Shown: piece by piece, positions 16,825-24,221 of the stretch | Layout of the letters: every line of letters starts with the position of its first letter | Numbering within the stretch: the first letter of the stretch is position 1 | Source of the DNA: a virus | Taxonomy: Duplodnaviria > Heunggongvirae > Uroviricota > Caudoviricetes | DNA: 37,170 nucleotides | IMG/VR virus record: IMGVR_UViG_2585427743_000015 | Direction: 5' to 3' (one strand) | Position numbers and translations under genes: made by a program | The notes under the pieces: generated by a model | The model's database searches: none | What the model was told of the DNA's origin: nothing | The model's input: the letters and a program-made list of their open reading frames with translations, nothing else

Positions 16825-17877
16825 ATGAATCTGGTGATGTCAGATATTACCCGCAACAAGCTGGGTTGCTATATGGCGCAGCAGGCGTCGCTTAACAATA
16901 TCCCGGTATCTGCACTGGTATCGCGATTTACCGTGGAACCCTCGGTGCAGCAGCGTTTTGAAAACGCAGTAAAGGAGAGCACTGAATTTACAAAAAAAAT
17001 TAACGTGTTCGGTGTGACTGACCAGAAAGGCGAAAAAATCCTCCTGGACACCACCGGGCCGATTGCGCGCACGAATACCAGTTATGACGGCACAAAACGC
17101 CGTAACCCGAATAACGTGGTTGATCTGAAAAACCGCAAATACCAGTGCGAACAGGTGAACTACGACACGTTTATTTCGTATCCGCAGCTTGATGCCTGGG
17201 CGGCACACCCTGATTTTCAGTCCCGCGTCAGCACACAGATTGCCCGGCAGGTGGCGCTTGACCGCATCATGATCGGTTTCAACGGCACGTCTCACGCGGA
17301 TGAGTCCAACTTCAGCACTAACAAGCTGCTTCAGGACGTTAACGTGGGATGGCTGGAGCACATCAGAACCGACGCCAGCGAGCGCGTTATGAATGATGTA
17401 ACGCTGACCTCCCGCAACATGGACAACACCGTGGCGCACGCGGGTAAATATGCGAACGCTGATGCACTGGTACAGGACGCGCGCTCATCCCTGCTGGATG
17501 AATGGCACAAGGAAGCTGACGACCTCGTGGTGATTATGGGGCGCAACCTGTTTAACTCGCTGCGTCTGCCCGTGCTGAACAGCATCAGCGGCCAGAATCC
17601 CAATGCGGAATTACTTGCCGGACAGCTCATCCTGTCATCGCGCGCCATTGGCGGGCTGGATGTATTCCTTGCGCCGTTCTTCCCGGATGCAACGATGCTG
17701 ATCACCTCGTTCAACAACCTGTCAATTTACTGGCAGAAAGGAACAATGCGTCGCCTGATGAAAGACGAGCCGGAATACAACCGCATCGCCACCTACCAGT
17801 CCATCAATGACGCTTATGTCGTTGAAGACTATGGCAAGTGCGCGATGGTCACTGGCCTGAAGTTCGCCGACAGCTAA
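16825..17877 (+). CDS. N: Major capsid protein (P2 gpN family)
   Basis: 350-aa ORF; 'FTVEPSVQQRF...GEKILLDTTGPIARTNTSYDG' as in P2 N; an internal start (MAQQ...) is possible. Confidence 0.9.
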   Translation: MNLVMSDITRNKLGCYMAQQASLNNIPVSALVSRFTVEPSVQQRFENAVKESTEFTKKINVFGVTDQKGEKILLDTTGPIARTNTSYDGTKRRNPNNVVDLKNRKYQCEQVNYDTFISYPQLDAWAAHPDFQSRVSTQIARQVALDRIMIGFNGTSHADESNFSTNKLLQDVNVGWLEHIRTDASERVMNDVTLTSRNMDNTVAHAGKYANADALVQDARSSLLDEWHKEADDLVVIMGRNLFNSLRLPVLNSISGQNPNAELLAGQLILSSRAIGGLDVFLAPFFPDATMLITSFNNLSIYWQKGTMRRLMKDEPEYNRIATYQSINDAYVVEDYGKCAMVTGLKFADS

Positions 17878-17922
17878 TCCCCTCACGGCGGGCATCATGC
17901 CCGCCTGTAACGGAGAGAAAGA

Positions 17923-18723
17923 ATGATTACCCCTGCACAGCAACACTGGCAGAACGTGATGGCGCAGCGCGCAGGCCGGGCGAATGAAGGCGTGGATCAC
18001 GCCGCACGTACCGCGCATGAAGAGGTGCTGTATCGTCTGCGTCTGGCACAGGCCCGGCTTAAGGGCGTACAGGCCAGAAGCGCGAAAGCCGCCATCAAAA
18101 AAGAGTTATTGCCGGACTTTTCCGGCTGGATTGAGGGAACGCTGGAGGCTGACGGCGGGCAGCAGGATGAAGTGATTGCCACGCTGATGGTCTGGGCGAT
18201 TGACTGCGGCGATCTTCCGCTGGCGCTGCGTATTGGTGCATATGTGGTCCGTCACAACCTCATCATGCCGGATAACTTTGGACGTACTGCTGCCACGGTA
18301 CTGACCGAAGAAATCTGTAATCCGGTACTGACGCAGGCCGGGACGGATGCCGACGCGGATTTGTCCGCCTTTATCGAACCACTGGACACCCTCCGGGAGA
18401 TTGTCACCGACCAGGACATGCCGGACGAAGTGCGCGCCAAATTATGCAAAGCGTGCGCCTTTGCCCGCCGTGGCCTGAGTGATACGGACAGCATGGCCCT
18501 GTCACTGAAGCTGCTGCGCGAAGCAATGCACCTGAACCCGAACGCAGGTGTGAAACGCGAGATTGCAACCCTTTCCCGCGCCCTGAAAAAAGCCGATTCC
18601 GCAGCCGCACCAGAAGACGCCAGCGCACAGCAGACGCAGGACGAAAGCAGCAAAAGTAAAAAGACAACGCGGAAGCCTGCAACACGAAAAACCACCGCGA
18701 CGCAGAAGGCGAAGCGCGGTTAA
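17923..18723 (+). CDS. M: Terminase small (endonuclease) subunit (P2 gpM family)
   Basis: 266-aa ORF in the O-N-M-L order. Confidence 0.85.
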   Translation: MITPAQQHWQNVMAQRAGRANEGVDHAARTAHEEVLYRLRLAQARLKGVQARSAKAAIKKELLPDFSGWIEGTLEADGGQQDEVIATLMVWAIDCGDLPLALRIGAYVVRHNLIMPDNFGRTAATVLTEEICNPVLTQAGTDADADLSAFIEPLDTLREIVTDQDMPDEVRAKLCKACAFARRGLSDTDSMALSLKLLREAMHLNPNAGVKREIATLSRALKKADSAAAPEDASAQQTQDESSKSKKTTRKPATRKTTATQKAKRG

Positions 18724-18815
18724 CGACTGACCCCGTCAGCGGGCGGCGTGCGCGGTGTTCCGGTTTGACTCCGTGACCGTTTACACCGCGCACCCACCGC
18801 CCGATTTTTTCAGGA

Positions 18816-19319
18816 GTGAACCCAATGAGTATGGTTGCCAGAACCAACCCCGGACCCGCAGAGGACGACATCACCGATACCGATGATGGTGATACCCGTA
18901 TTTCAGCGGGTGCATTCTGGCCGGATATTGTGCTGCGTGAGCTGCGTCTGGCGGTACGACTGCCGGGCCGTGTGACCACCTCCCGCCTGCTGCATACCGC
19001 CACTGGGGCCGTGGCACACGTTACCCGCGAGCTGGAAGCATGGCAGCAGGAACAGCAGGCGGCTGGCCATCAGACGCTGGCCGATGTTCCGGCACCCGTA
19101 ATTAACGGAGAAAGCGTCAATCTCTGGCACTGGCGCAATGCTGTTTATACCGCCACGCGCGCCCTGATTCTGGAGCGTTATCGTGATGCAGACACAACGG
19201 ACAAGGGCGACCGCCGGGCGGACGCTCTGGATATACAGACATCGGATTTGTGGCGTGATGTGAGCTGGGCCATCTCTGACATTCTGTGCCGCCCGCGAAT
19301 CTTTGCGGAGTTGTGCTGA
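18816..19319 (+). CDS. L: Head completion/stabilisation protein (P2 gpL family)
   Basis: 167-aa ORF following M; stop overlaps the X start. Confidence 0.85.
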   Translation: MNPMSMVARTNPGPAEDDITDTDDGDTRISAGAFWPDIVLRELRLAVRLPGRVTTSRLLHTATGAVAHVTRELEAWQQEQQAAGHQTLADVPAPVINGESVNLWHWRNAVYTATRALILERYRDADTTDKGDRRADALDIQTSDLWRDVSWAISDILCRPRIFAELC

Positions 19320-19519
19320 TGAAAGTGAAGGTACTGGAAGGCGACACCGTGGATTCGCTCTGTTTCCGGTACTACGGCACGACGCAGGGCGTCACCGAAA
19401 AGGTGCTGGATGCCAACCCCGGACTCTGTCAGCAGGTATTTCTGGACGCCGGGCAGGAAGTGGAGATGCCGGAGCCGGAGAAGAAGAAACGAGAAATGAT
19501 TCAGTTGTGGGGGGAGTAG
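19319..19519 (+). CDS. X: Tail protein X (LysM-like)
   Basis: 66 aa 'MKVKVLEGDTVDSLCFRYYGTTQGVTEKVLDANPGL' resembles P2 gpX; ATG at 19319 overlaps L stop. The longer ORF-track start is unlikely. Confidence 0.8.
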   Translation: MKVKVLEGDTVDSLCFRYYGTTQGVTEKVLDANPGLCQQVFLDAGQEVEMPEPEKKKREMIQLWGE

Positions 19520-19521
19520 CA

Positions 19522-19845
19522 GTGAGCACCATTCAAACAGGGATCACAGAGCAGGTTATTGCGTGGCTCTTTGACCACCTGCCAACGGTGTATGCAGTAG
19601 GCGCGGCGGTCAGCATTTCCGCGCTGATGAGTCTTTATGACGGACGAACACTGGTTCAGACCGTAACGGGATCGCTGGCGTGCGGCGTTCTTGCCATGGC
19701 CGTGGCCGGATCGTTGCGCTTCTTCGGTTTTCCTGAAGATGCCGTGACGTTTATCGGCGCATCAATCGGTTTTATGGGCGCAGAGAAAGCACGCGACAAG
19801 GTTATTGCAGCCTTTAATCGCAGGGTGAAGGAGAAGGACGAATGA
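19522..19845 (+). CDS. Putative holin
   Basis: GTG start at 19522 right after X stop; 107 aa with hydrophobic segments and charged C-terminus, immediately upstream of the endolysin. Confidence 0.55.
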   Translation: MSTIQTGITEQVIAWLFDHLPTVYAVGAAVSISALMSLYDGRTLVQTVTGSLACGVLAMAVAGSLRFFGFPEDAVTFIGASIGFMGAEKARDKVIAAFNRRVKEKDE

Positions 19846-20234
19846 GCAACACATTTAAATTCAGCAGCCGGAGCGAAAAGAATTTGCAGGGCGTAAATCC
19901 TGATCTGGTGAAAGTGACCCGACGGGCACTGGAAATTTCGGAAGTGGATTTTGGTATCACCGAAGGGTTGCGCAGCCGTTACCGCCAGAAGCAACTTGTG
20001 GCCACAGGTAAGAGCCAGACCATGAACAGCCGCCACCTTACGGGACATGCCGTGGATGTTGTGGCTTATATCGGCAGCCAGGTGTCATGGGAATGGCCGC
20101 TGTACGAAAAAATCGCAGCAGCATTCAGACAGGCCAGCCGGGAGCTGAATATTCCGGTGGAATGGGGCGGCGACTGGAAGACCCTGAAAGACGGACCGCA
20201 TTTTCAGTTACCACACGGAGCCTATCCGGCATGA
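19842..20234 (+). CDS. Endolysin, peptidase M15-type zinc endopeptidase
   Basis: 130 aa; 'SRHLTGHAVDVV' metal-binding H..D motif typical of M15 peptidases; in the lysis position. Confidence 0.7.
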   Translation: MSNTFKFSSRSEKNLQGVNPDLVKVTRRALEISEVDFGITEGLRSRYRQKQLVATGKSQTMNSRHLTGHAVDVVAYIGSQVSWEWPLYEKIAAAFRQASRELNIPVEWGGDWKTLKDGPHFQLPHGAYPA

Positions 20235-20638
20235 AGCTCTGGCCCACGCTGGGTGTCGCTTTCCTTCTGATTGCCGCATGGGGAACATCCATGCGTCTGT
20301 CATGGTCGCTGGGCCGGGAGAACGCCAGAAACGAAGCGCAGGCCAGCACCCTGAAACGTACCGCCGACACCCTGAATATCATCAGCGCCGGGGTACAGGA
20401 TATGCAGCAGGTGCTGGCGCAACTCCGCGTGGAAAATCAGCAACGCAATCAGGACGGAGAGGTAAGACGTGAACAGCTACGCAACGATATTGCAAAAGAT
20501 GAATGCGCCCACGCTTTGCCTGACGCTCGTTTTACTGACAGGCTGCGCAGGCACGCAGAACGCGCCACTGCCAGCGCCGTCAGTCCGGCTTATACCGCAG
20601 ACGCTGACCATACCGGTAACGCCGCCCCCCTTCCCTGA
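20231..20638 (+). CDS. i-spanin (Rz/LysB-like)
   Basis: ATG at 20231 overlapping endolysin stop; N-terminal TM helix then coiled-coil periplasmic domain. Confidence 0.6.
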   Translation: MKLWPTLGVAFLLIAAWGTSMRLSWSLGRENARNEAQASTLKRTADTLNIISAGVQDMQQVLAQLRVENQQRNQDGEVRREQLRNDIAKDECAHALPDARFTDRLRRHAERATASAVSPAYTADADHTGNAAPLP

Positions 20639-20789
20639 TACTCCCACATGGGGAAATCTCGGTATATGGGGCGACCGCCTTCTGGATGCACTGGAAACCT
20701 GTAACGCGGATAAACGGGCCATTGAATTACTGGAACAGCGCAGGCTGCAACGACTGAACAACGAGGACAACAACCATGCTGAAAACTGA
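20469..20789 (+). CDS. o-spanin (Rz1/LysC-like lipoprotein), overlapping the i-spanin in another frame
   Basis: Lipobox 'LLTGC' and proline-rich mature region; starts inside the i-spanin gene and extends past it; true start may be the internal Met ('MNAPTLCLTLVLLTGC'). Confidence 0.55.
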   Translation: MNSYATILQKMNAPTLCLTLVLLTGCAGTQNAPLPAPSVRLIPQTLTIPVTPPPFPDTPTWGNLGIWGDRLLDALETCNADKRAIELLEQRRLQRLNNEDNNHAEN

Positions 20790-21243
20790 TTCCCTGCGTG
20801 AAGCCATGACCCGTTCATGCCGATGGTGTCAGGCCAACCCGGAAAAACTCACCATTTTCGTGGAGAGCGGCAACATTGAAACGACCGGAGAAACGCCCTC
20901 GTTTGTTTACCGCTATCAGATGGTGATGTTTGTCATGGATTACGCCGGGGAGCTGGACGACCTCACGCTGCCGCTGCTGGCGTGGTTATCCGAAAATCAG
21001 CCACAGTTGTTGCTCAACCCTGAGCGTAATCAGGACATCAAATTCTCCGCCGTTATCAATGACGATGACAGCGCCGATCTCCTGTTTACGCTCCCCCTGC
21101 GGGAACGCGTTCGCATCACGCGCAGCAGTCAGGGGACACCGCAGGCAGAACACCTGCCGGAGCCAAAACCCCGCCTGCCATCTCCCGAAGGCGACTGGTC
21201 GCATGTATTCCAGGATGTGACGTGGGGTGAAAGCGATGGATAA
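20776..21243 (+). CDS. R: Tail completion protein (P2 gpR family)
   Basis: 155-aa ORF, same length as P2 R, in the R-S position. Confidence 0.8.
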   Translation: MLKTDSLREAMTRSCRWCQANPEKLTIFVESGNIETTGETPSFVYRYQMVMFVMDYAGELDDLTLPLLAWLSENQPQLLLNPERNQDIKFSAVINDDDSADLLFTLPLRERVRITRSSQGTPQAEHLPEPKPRLPSPEGDWSHVFQDVTWGESDG

Positions 21244-21871
21244 GGCATTCACCCGCGTGGATGAAACCTTTGAGGCCATCCGCGACAGCCTGAATCAGCA
21301 GGCCATCAATAACATCGCCAGAAAGCTGGCACAGGATTTACGCCGCGCCCAGCAGGCGCGTATCCGGTCACAGAAAGCGCCGGACGGGACCGCGTGGACA
21401 CCACGCAGACGCCGCGTAACCCGGATACAGGAGCGCATTCGCTTTATCTGGAATAACGAAGCACGCACGCTGAAAAACTGGCATCACGACACGGGGAAAT
21501 ACGGGCGAACCATTACCGGGTGGGATGAGGATAAAAACAATATCCGCACGTTTTACCGGGATGACATCGACCGTTTTCTGGAAATACGCACCCGGCGCAT
21601 CAACCAGGACAGCACAAAGCGCGTCCCCATGTTCGTAAAACTGCGCACCGCCCGCTACCTGAAAGCCCGTGCAGATGCTTCCGGTGTGACGGTGGGTTAC
21701 AGCGGCGTGGCCGCACGTATTGCCCGCGTTCATCAGTTCGGTGAGCGCGATCAGGTTGCGCCGGGCATTTTCACCGATTACCCGGTACGTGAGCTGCTGG
21801 GTATCAGCCAGGCAGATGAGCGCCTGATTTATAACACGGTGCTGGGCCGGATTGCGGAGGCTGTACGGTGA
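21227..21871 (+). CDS. S: Tail completion/virion morphogenesis protein (P2 gpS family)
   Basis: 214-aa ORF after R, overlapping the V start. Confidence 0.75.
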   Translation: MKAMDKAFTRVDETFEAIRDSLNQQAINNIARKLAQDLRRAQQARIRSQKAPDGTAWTPRRRRVTRIQERIRFIWNNEARTLKNWHHDTGKYGRTITGWDEDKNNIRTFYRDDIDRFLEIRTRRINQDSTKRVPMFVKLRTARYLKARADASGVTVGYSGVAARIARVHQFGERDQVAPGIFTDYPVRELLGISQADERLIYNTVLGRIAEAVR

Positions 21872-22449
21872 GCGCAGAACTCATGCGACTGCTGAGCAAT
21901 ATCATCCGCACCGGGATCATCTCTGAAGTTGATGAGAAGTCCTGGCGCGTGCGCGTTCGCAGCGGCGAACTGGAAACAGGCTGGTTGCGCTGGAACACCA
22001 CGCGCGCGGGAGCCTTCAATGTATGGCTGCCGCCATCACCAGGCGAACAGGTGGTAATTGCCTGCATTGGCGGCAACCCGGAAACCGCCATGATAATTGG
22101 CAGCCTGTGGAGTGATGCCAGTCCGGCCCCCGGCAAAAGCCTGAAAGAAATCGTGGTCAGCGCGCCGGATGGCGCGGTGTTCCGCTACGACGCAGACGCT
22201 GGCGCACTGAGCGCCAGCGGCATGAAAACAGCCACCCTGCAGGCATCCGTCAGCGTGACACTGGATACGCCCGTCGTGGAATGCACAAACCTTCTGAGAA
22301 CAGCGACGCTTGACGTCACAAAAGGGGGAAAGATGAGCGGCAATATCACGCACAGCGGCGGCGATTTCACCTCAAACGGCATCACAGTGCATACGCATAA
22401 GCACGGTGGCGTTAAAGGTGGCAGCGATTCGACAGGAGGCCCGCAGTGA
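21868..22449 (+). CDS. V: Baseplate spike protein (P2 gpV family)
   Basis: 193-aa ORF, first of the V-W-J-I-H-G series. Confidence 0.85.
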   Translation: MSAELMRLLSNIIRTGIISEVDEKSWRVRVRSGELETGWLRWNTTRAGAFNVWLPPSPGEQVVIACIGGNPETAMIIGSLWSDASPAPGKSLKEIVVSAPDGAVFRYDADAGALSASGMKTATLQASVSVTLDTPVVECTNLLRTATLDVTKGGKMSGNITHSGGDFTSNGITVHTHKHGGVKGGSDSTGGPQ

Positions 22450-22796
22450 CAACCCGCTACACAGGAATGAACCCGGACGGAACGGGAAACCTGAACGATA
22501 TGGAGCACCTGAAACAGTCAGTCAGGGACATCCTGACCACCCCGCTGGCCAGCCGGGTTATGCGACGGGAATATGGCAGCCTTGTGCCTGATTTGATTGA
22601 CGAACCCATGAATAACACCACGCGTCTGCAATGCATGAGTGCTGCCGTGATTGCGCTGACACGATGGGAACCCCGCATTGCCCTGGACGCTATCGACGTT
22701 GTCTGGAAGGCAGGAGGCCGCGCCGGGGTGACGCTGTCGGGCACTGTCATGCAGACCATGCAGAATGTTGAATTAACCATCACGCTGAGGGAGTAA
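22446..22796 (+). CDS. W: Baseplate wedge protein (P2 gpW family)
   Basis: 116-aa ORF in the V-W-J order. Confidence 0.85.
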   Translation: MTTRYTGMNPDGTGNLNDMEHLKQSVRDILTTPLASRVMRREYGSLVPDLIDEPMNNTTRLQCMSAAVIALTRWEPRIALDAIDVVWKAGGRAGVTLSGTVMQTMQNVELTITLRE

Positions 22797-22799
22797 ATC

Positions 22800-23696
22800 A
22801 TGCCTGCCGTTGACCTTTCACAGTTACCGGACCCCGCCATCATCGCGGAGCCTGACTTTGAGGCAATTCTGGCTGACACAAAGGCCATGATGATTGCGTC
22901 CTATCCCGCCGAACAGCGTGAAGCCGTTTCCGCCGCGCTGGAGCTGGAATCGGAACCCCTTAACGTTATCGCTCAAACCATGTCGTTTCGTGAAATGCTG
23001 TTACGCCAGCGGGTCAATGAGGGTGCACGCGCCTGCATGCTAAGCCACAGCGCCGGGACAGACCTGGACAACCTCGCGGGCAATATGAACACAAAGCGCC
23101 TGGTTATCACTCCGGCAACGGATACCACCGACGCAGTGATGGAAAGTGACACCTCGCTGAGACTACGGGCGCAACGGGCATATGACGGTCTGAGTGTTGC
23201 TGGCCCGTCAGGTGCATACGAGTATTTTGCACGCAGCGCCAGCGGTCTGGTACGCGATGCGCGGGCCATCAGCCCGTCTCCGGCCAACGTGACGGTTTCC
23301 ATCCTGTCCACTGAGGGCGACGGCACAGCAACGGAGGCGTTGCTTAATACCGTTCGCGCCGTTCTGAATGCAGAGGATACCCGCCCGGTGGCCGACCGCC
23401 TGACCGTACAGAGCGCCAGCATCGTGACATGGCGGCTGAATGCAAAACTGTACTTTTACCCCGGTCCGGAATCCGAACCTATTCTGGCCGCGGCGGAATC
23501 GTCATTCAGGAAGTGGCTGGCTGAACAGGGGCTTATCGGTCAGGACGTGGCGTTGTCCGCCATTGCTGCCGCACTTCATGTACACGGCGTGCAACGCGTG
23601 GAGATAATCGAACCCACACAGAATATGGCCATCAGCGACATACAGGCGGCGCGCTGTGAGTCATTCACCATCAGCGAAGGTGGGCGTAATGAGTAA
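22800..23696 (+). CDS. J: Baseplate protein (P2 gpJ family)
   Basis: 298-aa ORF in conserved order. Confidence 0.85.
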   Translation: MPAVDLSQLPDPAIIAEPDFEAILADTKAMMIASYPAEQREAVSAALELESEPLNVIAQTMSFREMLLRQRVNEGARACMLSHSAGTDLDNLAGNMNTKRLVITPATDTTDAVMESDTSLRLRAQRAYDGLSVAGPSGAYEYFARSASGLVRDARAISPSPANVTVSILSTEGDGTATEALLNTVRAVLNAEDTRPVADRLTVQSASIVTWRLNAKLYFYPGPESEPILAAAESSFRKWLAEQGLIGQDVALSAIAAALHVHGVQRVEIIEPTQNMAISDIQAARCESFTISEGGRNE

Positions 23697-24219
23697 TTCA
23701 CTGTTACCGCCATCAGCCAGCAATTTCATGCGTTGTGCCGAAGCTGTCGGAACGCGCATTACAGACATCCCGGTAGACCTCAACACGCTGTGGTCGCCGG
23801 ACACCTGCCCGGTGCACCTGCTGCCTTATCTCGCCTGGGCATTTTCCGTTGACCGCTGGGATCGCAACTGGCCGGAAGAGACAAAACGACAGGTGATTCG
23901 TGATGCATGGCTGATACACCGACACAAGGGAACCATCAGCGCACTGCGCCGGGCCATTGAGCCGCTGGGATACCTCATTCGTGTGTCTGAGTGGTGGGAG
24001 TTCGGCGGAGAACCGGGAACATTTACCGTTGAAGTGGGCACGCTGGACAGTGGCGTGACGGAGGAAATGTATCTGGAAATGGAGCGGTTGATTGCTGATG
24101 CCCGCCCGGTCAGCCGCCACATGACAGGGCTGAATATCATTCAGGAGATTCCGGGGGATATTTTCGCGGCGGCAGCAACTTACGACGGTGAAGTCATTAC
24201 CATTTATCCGGACGATTAA
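23689..24219 (+). CDS. I: Baseplate protein (P2 gpI family)
   Basis: ATG at 23689 ('MSNSLLPPSASNF...') gives 176 aa, matching P2 I; ORF-track start 23656 would overlap J further. Confidence 0.8.
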   Translation: MSNSLLPPSASNFMRCAEAVGTRITDIPVDLNTLWSPDTCPVHLLPYLAWAFSVDRWDRNWPEETKRQVIRDAWLIHRHKGTISALRRAIEPLGYLIRVSEWWEFGGEPGTFTVEVGTLDSGVTEEMYLEMERLIADARPVSRHMTGLNIIQEIPGDIFAAAATYDGEVITIYPDD

Positions 24220-24221
24220 GC

